64,000 nucleotides of DNA from positions 1-64,000 of the forward strand of contig CAVQFQ010000018.1 in assembly GCA_963711835.1 (NCBI GenBank), given 5' to 3'. The stretch's first letter is position 1. Each line of letters opens with the position of its first letter. Shown here in pieces: positions 29,382-38,929 of the stretch. A model generated the notes under the pieces. It had not been told where the DNA came from. It searched no databases and worked only from the letters and a program-made list of their open reading frames with translations. The stretch is from an uncultured delta proteobacterium. Its GTDB lineage: Bacteria; Desulfobacterota; RBG-13-43-22. A program made the position numbers and the translations under genes.

Positions 29382-29597
29382 GGTGGTGGGGAGTCTTATT
29401 TTTTGAATTGTCCAAAGGGTAACTAGAGCCCCTAATCCGGCCCGAATAACTAAGTTTATGTTAGAACAGGGCATTCACCAACACTTATTTCCAGCTTGGG
29501 TGTAGGCCTGCTGATGAAATAGGGTTCGCATTTTGGCCCGGCAAAGAAGCTTATGGCTTTGGGGTGGACAACTCAAAAAATAAGACCCACCACCACC
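29382..29597. repeat. Long-hairpin MITE-like element, subfamily A copy 1
   Basis: 33-bp terminal inverted repeats (30/33 match); reverse-complement homolog of 39441-39656. Confidence 0.8.
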
Positions 29598-29644
29598 ATT
29601 TCTTCAGGACTTTAGAAAAAATTTCCAATATCTTTGGTCAGTCT

Positions 29645-29814
29645 TTAACAGGATGCGGAAAAACTCATTTTTACAGGTTGTTCAAAAAGGTCCAGATACA
29701 AGGCGCCCGAATTCCCGAGGAATGAGGCGTACATAAAAGTACGTCGCAATGACCAGGGATGAGGGTAATCCCGCGAAGCGCGGGATAGATGGGCCTTTTT
29801 CAGCAACCTGTTAA
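29645..29814. mobile_element. MITE with CAGGTTG..AAAAAGG / CCTTTTT..CAACCTG ends, TTAA at both flanks
   Basis: Inverted ends acaggttgttcaaaaaggtcca / tgggcctttttcagcaacctgt, a duplicated left end and no transposase. Confidence 0.7.
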
Positions 29815-31571
29815 TTAAAAAGAGACATCTGTTTCTTTTTGGGGTGCGCAGACGGTTTTTTCCCTGCCGAACTGACCTGAGATTTAAGTTCCGCTTCAAT
29901 ATCCTCCAGGAAAGGGGAGGGTGATTGGGACAGGTATTGCCCGAATAGGTTTCGTTTTCGGGCCCAGGTGAGAACAAGCTTATCCTGAGCCCGGGTCAGA
30001 CCCACATAGAAAAGACGCCGCTCTTCTTCCGGATCCGATTCTTTTAACAAGCTAAGGGGCAAGAGATTGGCTTCGCAGCCGGCAATGATGACAAAAGGGA
30101 ACTCGAGCCCTTTGGCGGCGTGTAGGGTTAACAGGCTGACTTTCTCCTGATCCGGTTCATAGGTATCCAAACCGGTTTGTACGGAAAGGAGGTCCAGAAA
30201 TTCTCCCAGGGTTCCTTTAAAAGCGGCCGCCCAGGACAGGAGTTTTTTCAAGGCATCGGCTCCTTCCAAAGAGATTGCTTTCGGGTCCATAACCCCCCGG
30301 GAGAATAGTTCATTCAGGGCAGGCGCAGGAGGAATCTCCAAGGGATGGGAGCGTTTCAGGTAAGTCAGGCAGGTTCGGACCTCAGGCCGTTCAGCCCAAT
30401 GTATTTCCTGAACCCTTTGAAAAGGGATCCCTTTTTTCATAAAGGCCCGGGCCAGGCCTTCCCCCTGGGCATGAAGGCGGTAAAGGACGGCAAAATCGGA
30501 AAAACTCCGGGTCAATATATCTCTGGCATAAGACCGCTCCCCCTGGTCCAGGAAGGTAAGTCCACCCATTTCTTTTTCAATGAGCCGAGTTACTTCCTCT
30601 CCTTCCTCCTCTTCCGAAGCAGTGACCAGGACCGGAATAACGCCTTCCCCGCCCTTTTGAGATCGGAGTTTGATTGGGGAGGGCTGGATTGAACCCTGAA
30701 TGACCTGGATGGAAGCCTTGAGAACGGTCGGGTTGAGGCGAAAGGTTTCTTCCAACCGGATTTCAGCAAGGGAAGGAGTTTCCTGTTTGAGTCGGGAGAA
30801 AAAATCCGCACTGGCCCCGCGGAAACCGTAGATGGCCTGATTCGGATCACCGATGATCATCCATTCTTCATCTAATCGGGTCAGGCGTTTAAAAAGATCA
30901 AACTGAATTAAATTGATATCCTGAAATTCATCGACCAGGACAAAAGGGTATCGCTGCCGGGTGTCGGTTTGAAGCTGGGGGTTGTCCTCAAGAAGGGCCA
31001 GGGCCTGGAGAATCAGTTCGTCGAAATCCCAATAGTTGTTATGGGATAATTTATCCTGGTAGGCCTGATAGAGGCCGGGCCAGGCCGGGTAGGTCTCCCA
31101 TTCCGGCAAGTGAGAGGAGTTAGCGGCAGGGATCCGGTTGTTTTTGGCGGCCGAGATACGCCTGGATAGCTCCTTGAATTGGGGGGCGGGGAATCGGGGA
31201 TCCTTTTCCCGAACCGCTTCTTTCAGCACCGCCAGGGCCTCGGTCTCGGAAAGCAGTTGGCTGGGTGTGGCCAGGTTTTCATGTAAAAACCGAAAACAGA
31301 ATCCATGAAAAGTGGTCACCCGGGGTAGGTGCGACGGTTGGGTCTGGACCACCAGTCCTTCAATCCGGGTCCGGATTTCATCGGCGGCTTTGTTGGTAAA
31401 GGTGATACCCAAGATCTGGTCGGGTCGAGCGATCCGGGCTTCAAGGAGATGAGCGATCCGAAAAGTCAGGGTGCGCGTTTTGCCGGTTCCCGGCCCGGCT
31501 ACCACCATGAGCGGCCCGCCCCGGTGCCTGACCGCCTTTTGTTGGGCCGGTGTTAAGGAAGAAAGGTCCAT
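29811..31571 (-). CDS. UvrD/PcrA/Rep-family SF1 helicase (compact)
   Basis: AGPGTGKT, VDEFQD, GDPNQAIYGFRGA, TLHAAKGLEF and EERRLFYVGLTRA motifs. Confidence 0.9.
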   Translation of the reverse strand: MDLSSLTPAQQKAVRHRGGPLMVVAGPGTGKTRTLTFRIAHLLEARIARPDQILGITFTNKAADEIRTRIEGLVVQTQPSHLPRVTTFHGFCFRFLHENLATPSQLLSETEALAVLKEAVREKDPRFPAPQFKELSRRISAAKNNRIPAANSSHLPEWETYPAWPGLYQAYQDKLSHNNYWDFDELILQALALLEDNPQLQTDTRQRYPFVLVDEFQDINLIQFDLFKRLTRLDEEWMIIGDPNQAIYGFRGASADFFSRLKQETPSLAEIRLEETFRLNPTVLKASIQVIQGSIQPSPIKLRSQKGGEGVIPVLVTASEEEEGEEVTRLIEKEMGGLTFLDQGERSYARDILTRSFSDFAVLYRLHAQGEGLARAFMKKGIPFQRVQEIHWAERPEVRTCLTYLKRSHPLEIPPAPALNELFSRGVMDPKAISLEGADALKKLLSWAAAFKGTLGEFLDLLSVQTGLDTYEPDQEKVSLLTLHAAKGLEFPFVIIAGCEANLLPLSLLKESDPEEERRLFYVGLTRAQDKLVLTWARKRNLFGQYLSQSPSPFLEDIEAELKSQVSSAGKKPSAHPKKKQMSLFN

Positions 31572-31676
31572 AGCGCCTTCCTTTGTATAACAATCCTGTA
31601 ATCAACCTCAAGGGAAATGATTCTGAGGTAAAAATAAAGATTTTAGACCCCAGGCTATATCGAAAAACATTAAAAT

Positions 31677-31719
31677 CTTGACAAGAAAGTAAGAAAAATT
31701 TATTTTCTTGTTTGTCAAG
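31677..31719 (+). promoter_or_regulatory. TA promoter with palindromic operator
   Basis: TTGACA-17-TATTTT, with nested inverted repeats CTTGACAA/TTGTCAAG and AAGAAAA/TTTTCTT. Confidence 0.65.
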
Positions 31720-31730
31720 GAGGGAGAACA

Positions 31731-32003
31731 ATGAAAGCAGCAACCGTATCCCAAAAGGGACAAATAGCCATTCCCAAAGAAATCAGGGAAAAGCTTCGAA
31801 TAAAAAGCGGCGACAAACTGGTTTTTAAAATCATTAAAGGGAAGATCACCCTGGAGCCGACGATCACCATTCCAAGGTCTCAGGCCTGGTTTTGGACCGA
31901 TGAAGTTCAACAGAAAATAAAAAAAGTGGAAAAAAACTACCAGGCCGGTAATTTCACCCAATATGATGACCTCAACGATCTTAACAAGGATCTCAGCGAG
32001 TGA
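31731..32003 (+). CDS. AbrB/MazE-type antitoxin
   Basis: VSQKGQIAIPKEIREKL motif and an SQAWFWT tail. Confidence 0.85.
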   Translation: MKAATVSQKGQIAIPKEIREKLRIKSGDKLVFKIIKGKITLEPTITIPRSQAWFWTDEVQQKIKKVEKNYQAGNFTQYDDLNDLNKDLSE

Positions 32004-32263
32004 TCCCGAACGTAATTACCATAGACCCTGAGTTTTTCTCCCAATACGAGGCCCTTCCTAAAACCGTCAGGAAAAAATTTAAAAAGCAATTGGCCTTCTT
32101 AAAAGACAACCCCAAGCACAGGTCCTTGCAAATTCACAAAATGGAAGGAACGGATTATTGGGAGTTTTATGTGGATAAAGGCTATCGGTGCATTTTCAAA
32201 AGAGAAGGCCATATGATTAGGCTGCTTTTTGTAGGCACCCATGAGTTGATCGACAGATTTTGA
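32000..32263 (+). CDS. RelE/ParE-superfamily toxin
   Basis: 87 aa with NPKHRSL..HK, WEFYVDKGYRCIF and VGTH; GTGA overlap with the antitoxin. Confidence 0.75.
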   Translation: MIPNVITIDPEFFSQYEALPKTVRKKFKKQLAFLKDNPKHRSLQIHKMEGTDYWEFYVDKGYRCIFKREGHMIRLLFVGTHELIDRF

Positions 32264-32411
32264 ATTATTTTCCCACCCTTATTATTGAAAATATACTTTA
32301 CGTTTAGATGCCTAGAAGTAACATATGGTTATCATGGTAAAACGACCTTTTTGGATTCATCTTGGGATAATACAGTAGTGTTATCCCGAATGATCGGAGG
32401 AAAGGGGTTAC

Positions 32412-32693
32412 ATGGCACAAATCGAGAGACAGCAGACGGTTCTTGACATCCTCTGGAAACTTGCGGGATCTGGTCGGCCTTAAAAGGCTTTTCTGGGAGG
32501 AACTTGAACTACGAGCGCGAAAACAAACCGCTCAGTATGCGCGGCTGGCCGGATATCGCCCGCAAGGCGCTGGTAGATGACCCCACCCTGTTTGCCAGCG
32601 GCGGGGAGGATTGACCTGATGGTCTATGAGCTTTATGGGCTAACGGAGGAGGAGATTGCTGTGGAAGGCGTGGCGGGTAAGGAGGGGAAATGA
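32412..32693 (+). pseudogene. Internally deleted, frameshifted type IIG (Eco57I-like) restriction-modification gene remnant
   Basis: N-terminal pieces (LKRLFWEEL/NYERENKPLSMRGWP..DPTLFASGG) are joined directly to the typical C-terminus IDLMVYELYGLTEEEIA. Confidence 0.6.
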
Positions 32694-32734
32694 GCAGGGG
32701 TGCGTCTATTGGCAATAGCCGTGGAGGCGATTCT

Positions 32735-32802
32735 CTCTCCGGCAACACAAGGTCACCGGGAGTGAATGTGGTCAGTGTCCCGGCGACCTTGAGTCGCCGG
32801 AC
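32735..32802. repeat. Inverted pair of REP-like hairpins left of the Y1 transposase
   Basis: ctctccggcaacacaaggtcaccgggag and gtcccggcgaccttgagtcgccggac are inverted homologs. Confidence 0.65.
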
Positions 32803-32839
32803 GCAAAATGTCGGTGCAGATACAAGGTCATCAGGATCC

Positions 32840-33633
32840 CTATACACTGCCCACAATCTCAAGCCGGCTTTCGCTCTCCACTACGACTGGACCGGCTGGC
32901 CGACCGCCGGCACGACGTCTGCCCGCACAGATGCGCCGCTGTAGCGCGCGAAACCGCGTCCTTATGGGAAAAGGACGGCCTGCGCCTGCTTGAACCTCAC
33001 GCCACGGCTGAAAAGGTGCAGATTCTTTTCAGCGTCACCCCGCAGGTGAGCCCTACGTTCTTCTGCCAGCGCGTCAAAGGGCGGCTGCAGCATGCGCTCC
33101 GCAAGTTCGGCACGCCGGTGGATTTCAGCCGCAAGGTGTCGTTCCGCAGTCTCGGCGAGAACACCTCCGACGTGGTCGAAAACTATATCCGCGGCCAGGT
33201 CGGCAAGGGCGACTTCGCCGACCCGCGTTTTCGAGAGATCATGCGCCAGTTCACGATTGTCTCCGATGATGTGCGGCTGGCCGAGCCGTCGGAGTCCAAC
33301 AGCGGGCGGTACTGGTACGACCTGCATCTCGTGCTGGTGGTGGCGGATCGTTTCAGGATCACCGCCCCCGAGCAGCTCGGACGGATTCGCGACGCGGCTT
33401 TGGCCGTGGCGGCGGAGGGCGGCCACCGGATCGCGGCTTTGTCGGTGATGCCGGACCATGTCCATATGGCGTTGCGCGGGAATATCGAGCGGTCGCCGGA
33501 AGAGATTGCGTTGGCGTTTCAGAATGGGCTGGCGCGGGCCGCGGGGTGCCGGGTCTGGCAGGATGGGTTCTACGTGGGAACGTTCAGTGAGTATGATTTG
33601 GAGGTCATTCGTCGCATTGCCAGGCAGTCGTGA
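32840..33633 (+). mobile_element. Tandem-domain IS200/RAYT-like Y1 (HUH) transposase with frameshifted 5' part
   Basis: DHVHM HUH, VENYIRGQ Tyr helix and WQDGFYVGT. The N-terminus LYTAHNLKPAFALHYDW is in another frame; GC-rich codon usage. Confidence 0.72.
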
Positions 33634-33634
33634 T

Positions 33635-33690
33635 CTCCTGCCGGACAAGCCGGCAGGAGGATAACCCCAGCGAGCTTGTCCGACCGAGAG
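33635..33690. repeat. Inverted pair of REP-like hairpins right of the Y1 transposase
   Basis: ctcctgccggacaagccggcaggag followed by a degenerate inverted copy ccccagcgagcttgtccgaccgagag. Confidence 0.6.
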
Positions 33691-33715
33691 GTCAGGCCTT
33701 CCGATTAAATGGCTG

Positions 33716-33744
33716 AAAAAAAAGGCCAGGGGTTAGCCTGGCCT
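33716..33744 (-). terminator. Rho-independent terminator after ferredoxin
   Basis: GGCCAGG/CCTGGCC stem followed by T8 on the minus strand. Confidence 0.75.
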
Positions 33745-33769
33745 GTCAAAAATCCGAGAAAAAAATGAG

Positions 33770-33955
33770 TTAAATCTCTTTTACTGTAATGGCACCGGAT
33801 TCACAAACCTCAACACAACTTTCGCAGCCAAGGCACTCATCCATATTAACCGGGACGGCCTTATTGTCCTGGAGTTCGAAAACACTCACCGGACAGGTGT
33901 CCACGCAATTGGAATCCCCGGTGCATTTGTCGGCATCAACCGTAACCTCAAACAT
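33770..33955 (-). CDS. Dicluster ferredoxin
   Basis: CTGDSNCVDTCP and CLGCESCVEVC; AAGGAGG SD. Confidence 0.92.
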   Translation of the reverse strand: MFEVTVDADKCTGDSNCVDTCPVSVFELQDNKAVPVNMDECLGCESCVEVCESGAITVKEI

Positions 33956-34325
33956 TGAACATACCTCCTTGCTCTTTTATAATTTTTTCCCCTAAATTCA
34001 GGGTGTTAATTCGATCCTGGTTAAACCCCCTGAGGGTTTCTCAGGCCGATGACCTAAGATTAAGGGGGGAGGTTAGATTATTTTTTTCCAAAGGTCAATC
34101 AAATTTTTAGGGCCGCCTCTCAGGATAATCTTCAGTAAATAAATTGATAATAAATTAAATAGGTTATGGAAATAGAGGAAGATTTTCTTTCTTCCGGGGA
34201 ACCCGCCTCGGGCAGGATAATGAAAAAAAAGAAGGACCGGGAGATCCCGGTCAAAAAGATTGACCTTAGGGGGTGTTATGATAAACTTCTTCTTAAAACA
34301 CCGTAAGACGTGAGGAGAATCCCTT

Positions 34326-35060
34326 ATGCTAAATGACCTGGACCTGATCCGCTATGACCGGCAAATGATGCTTAAGGACTTTGGACCGGCCGGTCAGGAG
34401 AAGTTGAAAAAAAGCCGGGTCTTAATCGCCGGAGCCGGAGGGCTGGGGTCGGCCGCCGGGTTTTATCTGGCCGCTGCCGGCGTCGGGGCCTTGCGCCTGG
34501 TGGATCGGGATAAAGTCGAACTCAGCAACCTGAACAGGCAAATCCTCCACTGGAATGCAGACCTGGGCAGACCCAAGGTGGAATCAGCCCGGGAAAAACT
34601 GCTGCATTTCAATCCCGGGACTGCGGTAGAAATTTATCAGGAAGAAATAAATGAAAAAACCTTTCCGGATTTAATAGCCGGCTGTGATTTGATTATAGAT
34701 GGGCTGGACAATTTTCCGACCCGTTATCTGATCAATGAAAAAATTCAGGAGCGGGGCGTCCCCTTTGTCTATGGGGGGATTCTGGGCTTCATGGGCATGG
34801 CCACCTTTATCCAACCCGGACAAACCCCCTGCCTGCAATGTCTTTTTCCCCAGGCTCCCCCGCCTCAGAAATTTCCGGTTCTGGGAACCACTCCGGGAAT
34901 CATTGGTCTGATCGAGGCCAATGAAGCGATCAAGTATCTTTTGGGGCTGGGAAGACTCCTGTCCGGCAGACTCCTTATTTACAATGGCTTGGAAATGCAT
35001 TTCTCCGAGGTAGTGATAGAACGGAACCGGGATTGTTTGACCTGCGGCCGGCCAGAATAG
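34326..35060 (+). CDS. HesA/MoeB/ThiF family adenylyltransferase
   Basis: RYDRQ, GAGGLGS, SNLNRQ and two CxxC motifs. Confidence 0.9.
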   Translation: MLNDLDLIRYDRQMMLKDFGPAGQEKLKKSRVLIAGAGGLGSAAGFYLAAAGVGALRLVDRDKVELSNLNRQILHWNADLGRPKVESAREKLLHFNPGTAVEIYQEEINEKTFPDLIAGCDLIIDGLDNFPTRYLINEKIQERGVPFVYGGILGFMGMATFIQPGQTPCLQCLFPQAPPPQKFPVLGTTPGIIGLIEANEAIKYLLGLGRLLSGRLLIYNGLEMHFSEVVIERNRDCLTCGRPE

Positions 35061-35147
35061 TTCATTGACTAAAATAAAATATCGCTATACTATCCAGAGC
35101 CATTTAAGGTAAGAAATCATAATTTCATAAGAAGGCTTTGGCGGCTG

Positions 35148-35834
35148 ATGATCGATAACTTGAGACAGAACCCGCTCTTTCGCGGACTGGAAGAAGCCGA
35201 ATTGGAAAAAATTAGAGGCATTGCCTCGGTCCATTCTTTCAGGAAGGGAACTTCCCTTTTTTCACAAGGAGAGGCGGCCAGCGGACTCTATCTGGTCATC
35301 AGCGGGCGAGTAAAAATTTATCGCCTTTCCCCACAAGGCCAGGAGTATGTCATGCGTATCGTCGGACCCGGAGAAACCATAGCCGAGGCGGCCGTATTTT
35401 CCGGGCAGACCTATCCGGCTTCAGCCGAGGTCTTGGAAGAATCCTCCTTGACCTATCTAAGGAAGTCCGATTTCCTGCTGCTCATCAAGGAAAGCCCCCA
35501 ACTGGCCCTCAATATGATAACCGGCTTGTCCCAGCTCTTAAGGCAGCTGGCCCGGCAGGTGGAAGATCTTTCCTTAAAGGAGGTCTCGGCCCGATTAGCC
35601 CGATTTTTAATCGAGGAAGCAACCCGAATATCTCCTGCGCCGGACCAGGGTTTAAGAATTTCACTTGAAATCAAGAAAAATCTTTTAGCCGGCCGGTTGG
35701 GGACCATCGGGGAAACGCTTTCCCGGACCCTGGCCAAAATGAAACAGAAAGGCCTGATCGAAATGTCCGGGAATATGATCACGATCCTGGATCTTGAATC
35801 GTTAAAGGAAATTGCCGAAGGTTCAAAATTATAG
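35148..35834 (+). CDS. Crp/Fnr family regulator (HcpR-like)
   Basis: cNMP-binding domain and ETLSR HTH. Confidence 0.88.
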   Translation: MIDNLRQNPLFRGLEEAELEKIRGIASVHSFRKGTSLFSQGEAASGLYLVISGRVKIYRLSPQGQEYVMRIVGPGETIAEAAVFSGQTYPASAEVLEESSLTYLRKSDFLLLIKESPQLALNMITGLSQLLRQLARQVEDLSLKEVSARLARFLIEEATRISPAPDQGLRISLEIKKNLLAGRLGTIGETLSRTLAKMKQKGLIEMSGNMITILDLESLKEIAEGSKL

Positions 35835-35845
35835 GGAGAACCATT

Positions 35846-36769
35846 TTGGAGATTGTTTTTTTAGGAACGGGAGCGGCCTGGGGAGTTCCCGAAGTCGGTT
35901 GCCCTTGTCGCATCTGTCAGAAAGTGCGTTCGTTGGATGAAGAAAGAACCCGGAGTGCCTATCTTATAAAAGGCAAGGAAACCCTGCTCCTGGATTGCGG
36001 GCCGGATATTCGCCGCCAGCTTGAACGACAAGAGGTGGAGCGGCTGGATGCCATACTGATCAGCCATGAACACGCCGATCACTATTTGGGATTAGACGAT
36101 ATCACGGCCTTTCGTCGTCGTCTTTCCCGGGAAAAATGGCAGCCCATTCCCACTTACGCCACCAAAGCCGCCTGGGCGGTGATTAAGAAATCATTCGGGT
36201 ACCTGTGCGGAACCCTTCTGGAACCCAGGGTCATAAAGCCCGGGGAAAGGGTAGCCGGTCTGGCTACGGATATTTATCCTTTTAAGACTTTTCACGGAGA
36301 TTCAGCGCCCGGTTCGGTCGGTTTTATCATCGAAGAAGACCTTTCGGGAAATGCGCACAAATTGATTTATACCTCGGACTTTTTTGATGTACCCAAACTG
36401 GGCGGCCGCCTGATGGAGCCTGACTTCCTGATCCTTCAGTCGCACTGGCTGAATGAACCCCTGGTCAACCGGGCCCATAGCCTGAGTTTGGAAAGGGGAG
36501 TGGATTTTATCCAAGCCTGGAAACCGAAAAGCCGGATCTTTCTGGTCCATATTTCTGAAGCCTATCCCATCGAAGGCGACCCGGCCAATGAGGCCTTAAA
36601 AAAAGTGGCCCCTAAAAAACCGATGAAGGACCCCAAAACCAAATTACCCTATACCCTTCCCACCTGCCAGACGGAATGGCAGTCGGTAGCTGAAAAGGTC
36701 CTTCAAGACCGGGGAATTCCCACCCCGGTCCAGGTGGCTTCAGACGGCCTTAAGGTCCGCCTCTGGTAA
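35846..36769 (+). CDS. MBL-fold metallohydrolase (PhnP-like)
   Basis: FLGTGA.GVP..GCPCRIC and SHEHADH motifs. Confidence 0.85.
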   Translation: MEIVFLGTGAAWGVPEVGCPCRICQKVRSLDEERTRSAYLIKGKETLLLDCGPDIRRQLERQEVERLDAILISHEHADHYLGLDDITAFRRRLSREKWQPIPTYATKAAWAVIKKSFGYLCGTLLEPRVIKPGERVAGLATDIYPFKTFHGDSAPGSVGFIIEEDLSGNAHKLIYTSDFFDVPKLGGRLMEPDFLILQSHWLNEPLVNRAHSLSLERGVDFIQAWKPKSRIFLVHISEAYPIEGDPANEALKKVAPKKPMKDPKTKLPYTLPTCQTEWQSVAEKVLQDRGIPTPVQVASDGLKVRLW

Positions 36770-36807
36770 GGGGGTCCCTTCCCAATACTTAAGTTACAGG
36801 AGGTCTT

Positions 36808-37782
36808 ATGCTGTTTCCTGACTACCGACCCAGAAGATTGAGACAAAACGATGCCTTCAGAAGGATGATCCGGGAGACCTCTTTATCCGTCGATAACCTG
36901 ATCTATCCCCTGTTTGTTGTGGCCGGTAAGGGGGTGCGCCGGCCCATCTCCTCCATGCCGGGGATTTATCAGTTATCCCTCGATGAACTGATTAAAGAGG
37001 CCCGACAGGTTAAGGAACTTCGTATCCCGGCTGTCCTGCTCTTCGGAATTCCTGATAAAAAGGATGAAAAGGCCTCCCAGGCCTATGACCCTAACGGGAT
37101 CATTCAACGGGCCGTAAAGGTTCTCAAAGACCAGGTTCCTGACCTCCTGGTCATCTGCGACGTTTGTCTTTGCGAATACATGAGCCATGGGCACTGCGGC
37201 TTGATAAAAGGTCTGGATGTGGATAATGACGCTACCCTGGAACTTCTGGCCCGGACGGCCTTATCCCAGGCCAAAGCCGGCGCCGATATGGTCGCTCCGA
37301 GTGATATGATGGATGGAAGGGTGGCGGAGATACGCCAGGCCTTAGATGAAAATGGTTATGAAACGGTCCCGATTATGGCCTATTCCGCCAAATACGCTTC
37401 GGCCTTTTATGGCCCTTTTCGGGAGGCCGCCGAGTCCGCCCCGAAGTTTGGAGACCGGAAGACCTATCAAATGGATCCGGCTAATGTCCGGGAGGCCATT
37501 CGGGAGGTTAGCCTGGACGTAGAAGAAGGGGCCGATATTATCATGGTCAAGCCGGCCCTTGCTTACCTGGATGTGATCAGCAAGGTCCGGGAGGAATTTG
37601 ATCTTCCCGTGGCCGCCTACAACGTGAGCGGAGAGTATGCCATGGTCAAGGCCGCAGCCCAGCAGGGCTGGATGGATGGAGAAAAAGTGATGATGGAGAT
37701 CTTATACTCAATCCGTCGAGCCGGGGCTGACCTCATAATAACCTATTTTGCCAAGGAGGCAGCGGACCTGCTAAACAAGTAA
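36808..37782 (+). CDS. hemB: Porphobilinogen synthase
   Basis: [28 protein letters not shown] and MVKPA motifs. Confidence 0.96.
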   Translation: MLFPDYRPRRLRQNDAFRRMIRETSLSVDNLIYPLFVVAGKGVRRPISSMPGIYQLSLDELIKEARQVKELRIPAVLLFGIPDKKDEKASQAYDPNGIIQRAVKVLKDQVPDLLVICDVCLCEYMSHGHCGLIKGLDVDNDATLELLARTALSQAKAGADMVAPSDMMDGRVAEIRQALDENGYETVPIMAYSAKYASAFYGPFREAAESAPKFGDRKTYQMDPANVREAIREVSLDVEEGADIIMVKPALAYLDVISKVREEFDLPVAAYNVSGEYAMVKAAAQQGWMDGEKVMMEILYSIRRAGADLIITYFAKEAADLLNK

Positions 37783-37803
37783 TCGCTGTTCGTTAGAGAG
37801 ATC

Positions 37804-38922
37804 ATGCCACCCGCATCAGCCAACCTTCCGGTCGCCCTGGCCTCCGTCCCTTCTCTGCGATTAGTCGCCTGGGAAGTTACCCGCCAATGTAACCTGTCCT
37901 GCCTTCATTGCCGGGCTTCGGCGGCTTCGGGCCCTTATCCGGAGGAACTAACCACCGGAGAGGGCCTCCAAGTTCTGGATCAGATTAGGGAAGTCGGACA
38001 GCCGGTTATCATCCTGACCGGGGGAGAGCCGCTGCTTCGTTCCGATATTTTTGATCTGGCCCGTCATGGACACGATCTCGGCCTTCGAATGGTCATGGCC
38101 GTGAATGGGACCCTTTTAGATCCTGTTACCGCCCAGAGGCTAAATGACTCCGGGATTCAACGAATCAGTATCAGCCTGGACGGCGCTTCCGCTGAAAGCC
38201 ATGATTTTTTCCGCCAGGTTAAAGGCGCTTTTGCCGGGGCTCTGAAAGGGGCGGAATCAGCCAAGACCGTTGGTCTGGAGTTTCAGATCAACACCACGGT
38301 AACCCAATACAACCTAAATGAACTGGCTAAAATTCAGGAGGTTGCCCTGGAATTGGGGGCAGCGGCCCATCATATTTTTATGTTGGTGCCCACCGGCCGA
38401 GGCCGGGAATTATCAGACCAGACCATCTCCGCCGGTGATTATGAAAAGACGTTGACCTGGTTGGTCGGGCGGAAAGAAGAGCTGCCTATTTCGGTCAAGG
38501 CCACTTGTGCCCCCCATTACTACCGTATCCTTAGGGAGATAGCCCGTAAGGAAGGAAAAGAGATAACCTTTAAGTCCCATGGACTGGATGCGGTAACCCG
38601 GGGTTGTCTGGGAGGAACCGGATTTTGCTTTATCTCCCACCGGGGACAGGTCCAGCCCTGCGGGTATCTTGAAATCGATTCAGGCCATATCAGAAAACAA
38701 AGCTTCAAGGAGATCTGGGAAAACTCGCCGGTTTTTCAGGCCTTAAGGGACCGATCAAAATATACCGGGAAATGCGGTCGGTGTGAATACTTTAAGGTCT
38801 GCGGGGGCTGCCGGGCCCGGGCCTTTGAGGCCAGCGGCGACTATCTTTCTGAAGAGCCGCTTTGTACCTATCAACCCAGGGGGATGAAAACCCCGCAGAA
38901 CCCATCTAATCTGTTGGAATAA
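37804..38922 (+). CDS. ahbD: Radical SAM heme b synthase (AhbD/NirJ-like)
   Basis: LVAWEVTRQCNLSCLHCRA, KATCAPHYYRI and SPASM domain; lies between hemB and ahbA. Confidence 0.82.
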   Translation: MPPASANLPVALASVPSLRLVAWEVTRQCNLSCLHCRASAASGPYPEELTTGEGLQVLDQIREVGQPVIILTGGEPLLRSDIFDLARHGHDLGLRMVMAVNGTLLDPVTAQRLNDSGIQRISISLDGASAESHDFFRQVKGAFAGALKGAESAKTVGLEFQINTTVTQYNLNELAKIQEVALELGAAAHHIFMLVPTGRGRELSDQTISAGDYEKTLTWLVGRKEELPISVKATCAPHYYRILREIARKEGKEITFKSHGLDAVTRGCLGGTGFCFISHRGQVQPCGYLEIDSGHIRKQSFKEIWENSPVFQALRDRSKYTGKCGRCEYFKVCGGCRARAFEASGDYLSEEPLCTYQPRGMKTPQNPSNLLE

Positions 38923-38929
38923 CGAAAAA

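Noticed and set aside
29382-29597. 6S RNA candidate (rod-like, ~215 nt)
   Set aside because: Several diverged copies with TIR-like ends and no recognisable 6S context; treated as a repeat.
32962-33648. 228-aa minus-strand ORF
   Set aside because: Antisense to the GC-rich transposase.
33960-34130. Riboswitch-like hairpins upstream of ferredoxin
   Set aside because: No complete known aptamer consensus seen.
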